Assembly (NCBI GenBank): GCA_963753345.1
Contig: CAVWBU010000016.1
Coordinates: 1-64,000, forward strand
DNA length: 64,000 nt
Source of the DNA: an uncultured Fibrobacterota bacterium
Lineage (GTDB): Bacteria > Fibrobacterota > Chitinivibrionia > Chitinivibrionales > FEN-1185
Reading direction: 5' to 3'
Both the position numbers and the translations under genes were made by a program. Each line of letters opens with the position of its first letter. Positions within the stretch are counted from its first letter, which is position 1. Positions 19,608 to 28,802 of this stretch are shown here, piece after piece. A model generated the notes under the pieces. The model made no database searches. It had not been told where the DNA came from and saw only the letters and a program-made list of their open reading frames with translations.

Positions 19608-21135
19608 ACACCCGTGACGCGCTCGCGCTGGAGAACTTGAGCGTGTCGACTATTCCGGTGGCGTCTTTCTTGCTTTTCACATTGACAACAACGATACTGT
19701 CGGCAATGTCGTCGTCGTACACGGTGATGCCCATTTTATTCGGCGTGCCGTGGTAGGCCAGGGAGTCAAGCGCGATCACCCCTACCATGGGCCTCCACGT
19801 GCAGATGCTTCCAATCTGGCGAGACGGAGGCGTGAGATCGTTGTAGATGAGCGTAATGTTTTCGCCCGCAAGAACGTTCTGCGCTTTCACCTTGATAATT
19901 GCATTGGCCTGATTGGAGGCCACCGTCGAGAAACCGAGCAGGCCGGTGTAGCTTCCGCCTGAGCCGGGCACAGGATGCAGGGTCATCACAATGCCGGCCG
20001 TGTCCGCGGAGTCGTTCTTGGCGGTAACGAAGGCAACGGAATCCGTGAGATCGGCGTCACTGAGGTTGACGGTCGCCTTGACCGTCAATCCCGCGTAGAT
20101 GGAGGCGCCCGGGCCGACCTGGCCGGTGGTGCCGTTCCAGGTGATCCCGGTCATGCTGAGCATGGTGTCGGGAGAGAGGTCGTGGTACACAACGGTGAGC
20201 ACGTCGCCGGTCCCTTTGTCCTGAACCTTGAGAAGCCGCTTCGTGGAGTCGGATTTGACAATGGAAAATGCCAGCGAATCGGCGTACTGGCAGAATGTGG
20301 TAGGATCCTTCCTGAGGCTCAACATAAAACCGACCGAATCGGCATTGCTCTTAACATGCACGGAAACCGTCGCTGTCGCACCAGTCAAGTCGGTGTCATT
20401 AACAATAATGACGGCCTTGGTCTGGCAACCGCTGTACGAAGCATTGTCGAACGTAACGAAGCCGATTGCCGGACCCACGCGCGGAAGAATGATGTCATTG
20501 CTTCCCGCGTAGGAACTTATCGTCGTTTTCGTCTGCTTATAGCCTGCTGCCCTTACGACAATCGTGTCGATGACGGCAGCCGTTTTCGCCAGGGATCCGT
20601 TTCCAGCCTCGCCCGTTCTCCTTAAGATGCCGCCCGATGCCGCCGCAAGTTTATTTGAAAGCGGCATGGTGAACATCGAACTCTGGGAGCCGATCTGGAT
20701 CTTCACAAAGTAGATCTGGCTTGCCAGGGCGGCAAGGTAGGGGTTGATCTGATAATTCCCCGAACCGATTTCCCTGTCAAGCAAGCTTGCCACACGTTGA
20801 CCGGAAACATTGTACACATCGATCCTTACCCGTTCGCTCACGGACGCCACGCCAAACTTTAGCGCGTTCTGCGTAAATATCGGCGCATGTAAAAGCCCAT
20901 TTTGCACACCGCCAGATAAGCGTACGCCAGTGGTCCCTGTCAAGGTGTACGCGCCGTTAGCGTCAGTTGTGTCATAAACTTTTTGTTTCGGAAGGCTGAC
21001 TATTGCCCCGCTGATCCCCTGTAGGGTTCCTGAATCTTTGACCGTGCCGGTAAGGTTGATTGGATCGGCATTGCTGGAAAACACAAGGAAGCCAGCGGCC
21101 ATCAATGCGACGACTGCCTTTGAACATCGAACCAT
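19456..21135 (-). CDS. Secreted/surface protein: N-terminal carboxypeptidase-regulatory-like + CTD-like module, then three ~115-aa beta-rich repeats
   Basis: GGAGG RBS, signal peptide, INLTGTVKD..GAIVSL..TTDANGAY, IDVYNVSGQRV..SQIYFVKI. Repeats of Y.G...K....(V/L).D.D(L/I)...V.(V/A)K...D..G. Confidence 0.85.
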   Translation of the reverse strand: MVRCSKAVVALMAAGFLVFSSNADPINLTGTVKDSGTLQGISGAIVSLPKQKVYDTTDANGAYTLTGTTGVRLSGGVQNGLLHAPIFTQNALKFGVASVSERVRIDVYNVSGQRVASLLDREIGSGNYQINPYLAALASQIYFVKIQIGSQSSMFTMPLSNKLAAASGGILRRTGEAGNGSLAKTAAVIDTIVVRAAGYKQTKTTISSYAGSNDIILPRVGPAIGFVTFDNASYSGCQTKAVIIVNDTDLTGATATVSVHVKSNADSVGFMLSLRKDPTTFCQYADSLAFSIVKSDSTKRLLKVQDKGTGDVLTVVYHDLSPDTMLSMTGITWNGTTGQVGPGASIYAGLTVKATVNLSDADLTDSVAFVTAKNDSADTAGIVMTLHPVPGSGGSYTGLLGFSTVASNQANAIIKVKAQNVLAGENITLIYNDLTPPSRQIGSICTWRPMVGVIALDSLAYHGTPNKMGITVYDDDIADSIVVVNVKSKKDATGIVDTLKFSSASASRVFTGSAGFSTTASSQATKTIGVLTAGDTVSVIYTDYTPDSVVVKKVPWSAQ

Positions 21136-21513
21136 GGGAAAACCCTCCATTCAGAAAAAGTAAAGTGGTTAATCGATTACGATACGTTTACCGGAGCCGC
21201 AAAGTGCACAAAGAGAGGCGGAATTTCTTTTATTCGGACGCGGTAACGCGTGAATACACGGCACTATGGGCAGTGCAGAGATTCCGATTGGTGGAAAAGA
21301 ATCCCCCCTCTTCCTTACAAGGTAAAATATATAAAGGAATAAGGAAAAAATCTCAAATTATTCGCCACACTTTTGTTCTTTTATCTGTTCGATTCTTGTC
21401 ATAGCTTCCGCATTTTCACTTGTCCCACCCGGAATGCTCATGACAATAGTATATTCTGTGAAGCCAAAAACGCCGCCGTATCGATTGCGGAGCCTTGCAA
21501 GTAGGAAAAGGAA

Positions 21514-22158
21514 ATGCCGAAAAACCCGCCCGCTATGTTCATCGTCCTTCTCTTTTTTCTTTCGGGTTCCTGCAATCTGGTGTACGAAGTGGTATGGACC
21601 CGCATGTTCAGCCTGGTGTTCGGGGTGACGGTGTTCGCGGTGAGCGCTGTGCTCGCGGCGTTCATGCTGGGCATGGCCGCCGGAGGCGTCTTTTTCGGCA
21701 GGCTCGCCGACACCGCAAGGAACAATTGCATCGTGTTCTCGTTTGTCCACATCGGCATAGCCGTTTCGACGATACTGCTCCTGCTCGCGTTCCCGCTGCT
21801 AGGACCCGTGTACCTTTCGATTAACAACGTGTTCGGACAGAGTTTCCTGCCGTTAAGAATTATCATTTTTCTTTTTGCGCTCGCCCTCATGATCGTCCCG
21901 ACCACGCTGATGGGCGCGACCTTTCCCGTTGCCGTGCGGATGCTTGCCTCGCGCAAGGACCGGATGGCGCGGGACATCGGAGCTTTGTATTCTGTCAACA
22001 CCCTCGGAAGCGTTGTCGGCTGCCTCACCGGGGTGTTCGTCCTGCTGGGACCGCTGGGGATGACGGGGACGGTGCTCATCGCAGCCGGCGCCGATTGCGC
22101 CATCGGTTTCGCGGCGCTCGCGGTCTTCCGGTCGTTCGAAACAGGAATCAGGACCTGA
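21514..22158 (+). CDS. Membrane half of a fused MFS/spermidine synthase family protein
   Basis: FFLSGSCNLVYEVVWTR, PTTLMGATFP, GALYSVNTLG. TGATG overlap with the next gene. Confidence 0.85.
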   Translation: MPKNPPAMFIVLLFFLSGSCNLVYEVVWTRMFSLVFGVTVFAVSAVLAAFMLGMAAGGVFFGRLADTARNNCIVFSFVHIGIAVSTILLLLAFPLLGPVYLSINNVFGQSFLPLRIIIFLFALALMIVPTTLMGATFPVAVRMLASRKDRMARDIGALYSVNTLGSVVGCLTGVFVLLGPLGMTGTVLIAAGADCAIGFAALAVFRSFETGIRT

Positions 22159-24176
22159 TGAAAACCTCACCCACGAACGGCAACGCGATAAAAACCGGGG
22201 CGGCGATTGTGCTCCTCACGGCCGCTGTGGCGGGATTCTGCACCATGGCCTACGAAGTGGTGTGGTTCAGGGTCCTCAAATATTTCGTTGACAACAGCAT
22301 TCACTCGTTCGCAATCATGCTCACCACGTTCCTTTTCGGCATCACGGCAGGGGCAATTCTTGTTCCCCGCTTTGCCGACAGGCGGAAAGACCAATTCCTG
22401 TTTCTGGGGTGCATCGAAATCCTCGTGGGAATCCTGTGCATCCTTTCGATCCCGCTGATTGCCGGCATGAACCCGCTCATTGCCGGCCTCAACAAAGTGT
22501 TCGGCACAGGCTGGGGCGGTGAAATAGGAATCCGGTTTCTGGTGTTTTCGCTGGCCCTGTTCCCGCCCACCGCGCTCATGGGCGCGGCGTTTCCCCTTTT
22601 CACCGGAATGTATTCCGGACGGCAGGGCGCATTCGGAAGGTCCGTCGGAGAAGTGTATTCCGTCAATACCATCGGCGGGGTCGTAGGATCATTTTGCGGA
22701 GGGTTTGTCCTTATTCCTCTTCTCGGCGTGCAGAACAGCATCACGGCCCTGGCCTGTGCAAACGCGGGCGTCGGTCTTATCTGCCTGGCGGCAGGCTCCG
22801 GCCTCGGAACAAAATTAAAGGCCGCGCTTGCCGCATGCGTCATTTTCGTCGTCACGCTCTGCATTCTCGGAGTCCCCCAAAACGCTTTTCTCACGGTTTA
22901 CAGCAACAAGTATCCCGCACCCGCCAACCGGCTTCTGTACTGCAGGGAAAACCTGAGCGGCACGACCGCCGTGTTCCAGGATGTCCGGAACACCGGCCAG
23001 AAGTACCTTCTCATCGACGGCACGGGCGAGGTGAGCACCGACTATTTCAGCATGCGGGCGTTCAGGTTCCTCGGCATCCTGCCGGCGCTGTACTCGCCAA
23101 AGCCGAAAAACGCGCTCATCGTAACGTTCGGCAGCGGCATCGTGGCGGGCTTTGTGGCGAGGCTGCCCGGCATCGACCACGTCGACTGCGTGGAAATCTG
23201 CAGGCAGGCGTTCGACGCCTCCCGCTGCTTCACCGAGGAAAACCACGACGCGGTCCATAACCCGCGGGTGCGCCTTATCGTCAACGACGGCCGCAACTAC
23301 GTGTTCACCGCCCGCGCCAAATACGACATCATCAGCGCCGACGCCACGCACCCCACGAGCAGCGACAGCTGGATACTTTACACAAAGGAATTCTACGGGC
23401 TATGCCGCGACAGGCTCACCGATCGGGGCGTCATGTGCCAGTGGATTCCCCTCCACGGCATCCTCGAACGGGATTACCGGGTGATCCTCGCCACCTTCCA
23501 CACGGCGTTTCCCTACGTCGCGGTGTACTACTCGGGCGGATACAAGACCATGGGGCACACCGTGCTCATCGGTTCGAAATCACCGCTCAGGGTGGATTAC
23601 GGCAAGGCGAAGGCGCTGCTCGCCGACAGTCTGGTGCGCGAAGACCTCGGCCGGGTGAACGTCGCGGGCGTCTACGATCTGCTGAGCGGTTTCGTTCTCG
23701 ACCAGGACGCCATCGACGAATTCAAGGCAGGCGTCCCGCTCAACACCGATGACAGGCCCTGCATCATCTTCTCCAAATTCCGGCTGCTCGATAGGCCGTT
23801 TATGGGGCTCTCCCCGCTCATGACGTACCGGAAAAACGTTTTTCCCCAGTTGTGCGGCATCGACGAGGATTCGGTCGCAGCGGTCAAGGATGCCGTCGAC
23901 AGGAATTTCGAGGCCGCGGGGTACACCCTGGGCGGCCAGATCCTTGAATTCAAGGAATACAACCTGCGACAGTCGCAGAATTTCAATCAGTCAACACAGG
24001 TCATCATGCAGAACCTTCTCGAGAGCAGGGCGATGTTCGAACAGGTGATTGCGGATTACAATACCGCGCTACGCCTCAACGGCGCCGACCGCAACACGCG
24101 CTACCTTCTCGACCGCGCGTCGGCGGAGCTCGATTACCTCAACTCGTTTCTTGATGCGGCGAACCCACCGCGCTGA
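22158..24176 (+). CDS. Fused MFS-like/spermidine synthase domain protein with C-terminal TPR-like tail
   Basis: AGFCTMAYEVVWFR, PPTALMGAAFP, YSVNTIG, then LIVTFGSG, DCVEI, NDGRNY, YDIISAD, LYTKEFY, GVMCQW. Confidence 0.9.
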   Translation: MKTSPTNGNAIKTGAAIVLLTAAVAGFCTMAYEVVWFRVLKYFVDNSIHSFAIMLTTFLFGITAGAILVPRFADRRKDQFLFLGCIEILVGILCILSIPLIAGMNPLIAGLNKVFGTGWGGEIGIRFLVFSLALFPPTALMGAAFPLFTGMYSGRQGAFGRSVGEVYSVNTIGGVVGSFCGGFVLIPLLGVQNSITALACANAGVGLICLAAGSGLGTKLKAALAACVIFVVTLCILGVPQNAFLTVYSNKYPAPANRLLYCRENLSGTTAVFQDVRNTGQKYLLIDGTGEVSTDYFSMRAFRFLGILPALYSPKPKNALIVTFGSGIVAGFVARLPGIDHVDCVEICRQAFDASRCFTEENHDAVHNPRVRLIVNDGRNYVFTARAKYDIISADATHPTSSDSWILYTKEFYGLCRDRLTDRGVMCQWIPLHGILERDYRVILATFHTAFPYVAVYYSGGYKTMGHTVLIGSKSPLRVDYGKAKALLADSLVREDLGRVNVAGVYDLLSGFVLDQDAIDEFKAGVPLNTDDRPCIIFSKFRLLDRPFMGLSPLMTYRKNVFPQLCGIDEDSVAAVKDAVDRNFEAAGYTLGGQILEFKEYNLRQSQNFNQSTQVIMQNLLESRAMFEQVIADYNTALRLNGADRNTRYLLDRASAELDYLNSFLDAANPPR

Positions 24177-25464
24177 CCCCGCCCGTCCGCAGCCGCCGGT
24201 GGGCCGCGGCGATGACCGCAAAGTTCACATAGATAAACCAGAATTCCCACAAGGCAAAACCGAAGCTGAAGATAATGAGCGGGGCCACCTGCGCCCACAC
24301 CGCCATCCTTGAAAGCGACGGCGCGTTTATGGTATTCACGTAAAACACGGTGATGATCATGCCGAACAGCAGCGGCAGAAAAAAGACCCCGAACGCGCCG
24401 AAATCCTTGTAAAAATGCCATGGGAAGACAATGGTGTTGAGGCCCTTGAGCATGCTCACGGACTCGTTCATGATGGAATCAAAGCCGTAGCTTTGCGCAA
24501 ACGGTGTTGCGAGAAACAGGAGACCGAACACGGGACGGGTCAGGCCGAAGCCCCATTGCCGGGGATAGCTGTAGACGCCTTCGACGTACCTGCGGATGGC
24601 ATAGTCGAAATTCCATAAGTTGTTCACCACATAGGTGTACATGTTTGCACACCAGAGAAATTCCTTTGGAATATGAACCTTCTGCGCCTCCACCCACATG
24701 CCGAAGGTATCGTACTGAACCCTCAGGAAAAAGAACAGGAGAAATGCGACCAGAAAAAGCGCTCCGGCAATGGCAAGGTGCCGGGGCATCAGCCTTTTTT
24801 TGCCGTAATGGTACATGATTACGCCGAACAGAACGGCCCTGAACAGGTCAAGTCTTGTGATGATTGTTATGTACAATAGCAGGGTCACGATGGAAATTGC
24901 GATCACAACGGCGATGCGACGCTTCGACGCGCCTGAAAAAAGCACGAACTCCGATCCAAGGATGAGGGTGATGGGGCCGCAAAACAGCCCGTAGTTGGTG
25001 GGAAGAGAAGCGTTGAAGAACGCTATGCGGGCTTTGTCGGCAGACAGCGCATTTGACAAAATCGGAATGACACCGCTGATAAGGTACGATCCGAAATAAC
25101 TGGCGATAAAGATTGCCGCACAGATGAAAAAAACCCGGGAAAACCAAGTCCAGTCGATTGCAAGCGCGCTGTTCTTAAGGGAAACCCTTATCGAATCGAA
25201 GTCGAGCTTGACAAGCGGGTTTCGAATGCCGTTTACCGTTTTGATGATGCACGCCCCGGCAACAAAGCACAGCAGCGCGCCCCACCACAAGCAGTGGGTT
25301 GTTAGGGCCCATGGCCTCTGATAGCCGCTCAGATGCAGCGCATTCACGGCAAGCACCAGAGCATAAACGCAGATAAACATCCGTGCGGGGGAAAAGATGT
25401 CCCTGTTGAAATAATAGGCCGATACAAGGGCGCAAAAGAAAATGCCAAGGAAAAGGAACGTCAT
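24139..25464 (-). CDS. wzy: O-antigen/oligosaccharide repeat polymerase (Wzy-like)
   Basis: About 11 hydrophobic segments. NT...HFYKDFG..G motif. ATGA-coupled to the upstream Wzz-like gene. Confidence 0.7.
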   Translation of the reverse strand: MTFLFLGIFFCALVSAYYFNRDIFSPARMFICVYALVLAVNALHLSGYQRPWALTTHCLWWGALLCFVAGACIIKTVNGIRNPLVKLDFDSIRVSLKNSALAIDWTWFSRVFFICAAIFIASYFGSYLISGVIPILSNALSADKARIAFFNASLPTNYGLFCGPITLILGSEFVLFSGASKRRIAVVIAISIVTLLLYITIITRLDLFRAVLFGVIMYHYGKKRLMPRHLAIAGALFLVAFLLFFFLRVQYDTFGMWVEAQKVHIPKEFLWCANMYTYVVNNLWNFDYAIRRYVEGVYSYPRQWGFGLTRPVFGLLFLATPFAQSYGFDSIMNESVSMLKGLNTIVFPWHFYKDFGAFGVFFLPLLFGMIITVFYVNTINAPSLSRMAVWAQVAPLIIFSFGFALWEFWFIYVNFAVIAAAHRRLRTGGVSAVGSPHQETS

Positions 25465-26702
25465 TGAAGCACCTCCCCGGCATTGTCCGGCGGCGGAACC
25501 ACGTCCGGCCCGGCACAAAGCGAACGCAGACGCAGTATCTTGGCGTACGATAGTGTCCCGTGGCGCCGCTGGACTTCCCGCCATCGCGCCAGAAGAATCC
25601 AGAACGACGCCAGGATACATCCTCCAAAAAAGAACATGAGCGGGATGAGCGCCGGTTGCGGTTGGGTTTTCTTTTCGGGCACCTGCGCGTAGTCGAGCAT
25701 CGTCAGCCTGGGGACATTATCGGCCTCCGCAAATTTGGCCTGTTCACGGAACTTGAGCACGAACTCGTACAGCGATTCCTGAACTCTTGCGTTTCGCAGC
25801 AATTGGCCGAACATCACCGCCTGCTCGGGCAGCGTATGCAGCGCCACCATAAGATCGCCGCCGCCACGGTTGACATAGTCGCCGATTTTCCGCTGTAACA
25901 CCAGTTCACGTTCCTCCTGCTCGCTACCGCGGAGGTTGCCGGGACCGAATTGATTCTTAAGCCAGGCAATCTGTATGCCGACAGCCATCTTCTCGCCTTC
26001 CAGATCGGCAAGCGAAGTGATGGCGTTCTTCGTCTGCCGGTCAAGGTCGATGTAGTTGTTTTCGGCCTGAAAGCGTGCGAGCAGGTTTGTCGCCGTTGCC
26101 AGATCACGCTTGATGCTCGCCAGCCTTTCCTCAAAGAAAATGCGGGAATCCCGGGCGCGCTCCCGCGAAAGCCGCAGAGCAATGGAATCCATTTCGCTTG
26201 CAAGAAAATTGGCCATGGCTGCCGCGATCACGGGGTCTTTGTCGGACACCGACACCACGATGTTGCCGAGTCCGTCTTCCACTCCGTCAACATTCCTGAA
26301 GTACCGTTTCATCACGTCTTCGATGCAATATCCCCGGCGTCTGTCGAACCCATAATGATGAACAAGGCTAAAACGGTAAATGGCCTTTTCGGCGAGTCTC
26401 CTGCTCGACAGAAACCCCAGACAGCGTTCCGCCCCGTTCCCGCCCAGCGTTGCAACGGAGTTGATGATCCCGGAAACGCGACTGTTCGTTCCGGCAAGCA
26501 AACTCATGTTGACCTGTTTACCGGACGGTTTTTCGATAACCGCGCTTGCGACAAATCGGCCGGGAAGCAGATTGGTGAGGGCGAACCCGGCCGCCAGGCA
26601 GAAAACCGTGCAAATAAGAAACAGCCATCTGCGTTCGAGGATGAGAATGACGAAATCGGACAGTCCGATTTTCTCGACATCCACCTTGGTAGAATTGGTC
26701 AT
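25461..26702 (-). CDS. Polysaccharide chain-length determinant (Wzz/GumC family)
   Basis: N- and C-terminal TM helices, periplasmic coiled coil, DKDP..AA.MAN, LDYAQVPEKK..P. Confidence 0.88.
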   Translation of the reverse strand: MTNSTKVDVEKIGLSDFVILILERRWLFLICTVFCLAAGFALTNLLPGRFVASAVIEKPSGKQVNMSLLAGTNSRVSGIINSVATLGGNGAERCLGFLSSRRLAEKAIYRFSLVHHYGFDRRRGYCIEDVMKRYFRNVDGVEDGLGNIVVSVSDKDPVIAAAMANFLASEMDSIALRLSRERARDSRIFFEERLASIKRDLATATNLLARFQAENNYIDLDRQTKNAITSLADLEGEKMAVGIQIAWLKNQFGPGNLRGSEQEERELVLQRKIGDYVNRGGGDLMVALHTLPEQAVMFGQLLRNARVQESLYEFVLKFREQAKFAEADNVPRLTMLDYAQVPEKKTQPQPALIPLMFFFGGCILASFWILLARWREVQRRHGTLSYAKILRLRSLCAGPDVVPPPDNAGEVLQ

Positions 26703-26825
26703 TGGGCTTTCGCAATGTGCGGATGGTCAGACAGAATGATGTGCTGCCGATACGTCAACCGACGGCCGCGCCGCATCGCGCACGTGCAGTTGTCCGCTCT
26801 TAAAATATCTCACAACAGGTTTCAA

Positions 26826-26942
26826 TTGAAGAACCCCGCCCAAAGTGGCGGGATTCTTCCATAGCTGAGGAAATAAAATAATTCATATTCGCCCGCTAAC
26901 CCCGCGCCAAGTCGCGGGGAAGGCGCGGGCTGTGCTATTCAA
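26826..26942 (+). mobile_element. MITE-like family C, full copy (117 bp, TTGAA...TTCAA ends)
   Basis: TTGAAGAACCCCGCC..GGCGGGATTCTTC..TATTCGCCCGCTAACCCCGCG..CGCGGGGAAGGCGCGGGCTGTGCTATTCAA. Confidence 0.85.
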
Positions 26943-27085
26943 CCGCGTTGGCGGCGCGCCTGACGATTCTTGGCTTTTCCTTGCCCGCCGACAAAATGCA
27001 ATCTATTTTGAGACGCATCGCCGAGCCGCCCTTCTTGCGGTTCACGAATATATCGCGCAACCGTCATTGAAACGGCAGATACCGC

Positions 27086-28027
27086 ATGGAACTTTCGGTA
27101 GTGATCCCCATTTACAACGAGGAAGCCGTCATTCCGGAGCTCAATACGCGGCTCGCCGGACTTCCGGAAATCCTGCAAAGCAGGTGCGGTCTGGGAGAGC
27201 GCGACGTCGAATTTATTCTTGTCAACGACGGTTCCCGCGACGGGAGCCTTGCCCTTCTTCTCAGCCATTTCCAGGGCGTCCCGCAGTTCCGAATTGTCAA
27301 CCTTTCGCGCAATTTCGGCCACCAGATTGCCCTGAGCGCCGGCATGGATGTCGCACAGGGAAATTCGATTGTCCTCATGGACGCCGATCTGCAGGACCCG
27401 CCCGAATTTATCGCAGACCTCTACAACAAGCACCGCGAAGGGTTCGATGTCGTGTATGCGGTCCGGGCGGATCGCAGGGGCGAAAGCCTTTTCAAGCGCC
27501 TCACGGCCGCGTTCTTCTACCGGCTGTTGCGCCGCATGATCAGGATTTCGATGCCGGTGGACACCGGGGATTTTCGCATTATGAGCCGGCGCACCGTGGA
27601 CGCGCTCAAGAGCATGCCGGAGCGGCATCGATTTCTCCGCGGCATGGTGGCCTGGGTCGGCTTCAATCAGACCGGCATTCCCTACGAGCGCCAGAAGCGA
27701 TTCGCGGGCGACACGAAATACCCGTTTCATAAAATGCTCCGTTTCGCCGTTGACGCCATCACGTCGTTTTCCACCGTTCCGCTGCGGATTGTGATGTGGT
27801 TCGGATTCGTGTCGGCCCTGGCCGGCTTGGTGTACACGGTACATGTTATTTACATAAAGGTATTTACCGCAAAAACCGTTCCCGGATGGTCTTCGCTCAT
27901 GGTGGCGGTGTTGATCATGTCGGGAATTCAGATGATTACCCTCGGCGTGATCGGCGAATACGTTGGAAGAATAACCGAAGAAACAAAGAAAAGACCGTTG
28001 TACATCATCGACAAGATTTTCAAATAA
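27086..28027 (+). CDS. GT2 polyprenyl-phosphate glycosyltransferase (GtrB/DPM1-like)
   Basis: SVVIPIYNEE, VNDGSRD, LSRNFGHQ, MDADLQDPP, TGDFRIM, two C-terminal TM helices. Confidence 0.95.
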   Translation: MELSVVIPIYNEEAVIPELNTRLAGLPEILQSRCGLGERDVEFILVNDGSRDGSLALLLSHFQGVPQFRIVNLSRNFGHQIALSAGMDVAQGNSIVLMDADLQDPPEFIADLYNKHREGFDVVYAVRADRRGESLFKRLTAAFFYRLLRRMIRISMPVDTGDFRIMSRRTVDALKSMPERHRFLRGMVAWVGFNQTGIPYERQKRFAGDTKYPFHKMLRFAVDAITSFSTVPLRIVMWFGFVSALAGLVYTVHVIYIKVFTAKTVPGWSSLMVAVLIMSGIQMITLGVIGEYVGRITEETKKRPLYIIDKIFK

Positions 28028-28106
28028 CACAGACATGCGCCGCGGCTTTGATGAGGAGACGTAACACCCGGCATCAAACAAAACGGACGGCGCTGCATCG
28101 TAATCT

Positions 28107-28757
28107 ATGGAAGCCCAAACCATACCAATCGCCGACTCGAAAATGCGCTGGGCAGGAATTCTGGAAGTGCCGATCATTTCCAGAGTGCAACGCGCCCTCC
28201 TTGACGGAGGAAGACTCGGCAAGCTTGCCTCGGTGCTGCGAACCCGTCATTACGAATACGAAACAGTGCTGGATGTCGGCTGCGGCCTGGGCGAATACGC
28301 GCGGCTTTCCCATCGGCTGTACACGGGCATCGACGACAGTTTCAGACGAATCCGGTACGCGTGCACGCACCACCCGCGGGAAACCTATGTGCACGGGGAT
28401 GCGGTGAAGCTGCCGTTTTCGTCCTACGCATTCGATCTGGTGATGCTCATTGACACATCGCACCACCTTTCGGACGCCGCCTTCCGGCAGGTGCTTGGAG
28501 AGTTGAGCCGCGTCAGCAGAAACTACGTGGTTGTGGCCGATCCGGTTATCGCGCAACGACAGAACCGGATCAGCGCTCTGTTTTACAGCTGGGATCGCGG
28601 AAATTCCTTTCGCCAGGTGCATCAGGTGGAAGAAATCCTTAGGACGCAACAGGGGCTTGCGCTCCGGGATACGGTTCTGTTCCGGACATTTCCGGGCATC
28701 TATTACCGGGCCGTTTTCATCCTGCAAAAAGAACCGCTCGCCGTAGCAGCGTCATAA
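28107..28757 (+). CDS. Class I SAM-dependent methyltransferase
   Basis: VLDVGCGLG, GDA..LPF...FDLV...HHL. Confidence 0.88.
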   Translation: MEAQTIPIADSKMRWAGILEVPIISRVQRALLDGGRLGKLASVLRTRHYEYETVLDVGCGLGEYARLSHRLYTGIDDSFRRIRYACTHHPRETYVHGDAVKLPFSSYAFDLVMLIDTSHHLSDAAFRQVLGELSRVSRNYVVVADPVIAQRQNRISALFYSWDRGNSFRQVHQVEEILRTQQGLALRDTVLFRTFPGIYYRAVFILQKEPLAVAAS

Positions 28758-28802
28758 AAACCGTTTCCGCCTGTTCCTTCACAAAACAACACCTGCCGCC
28801 CG

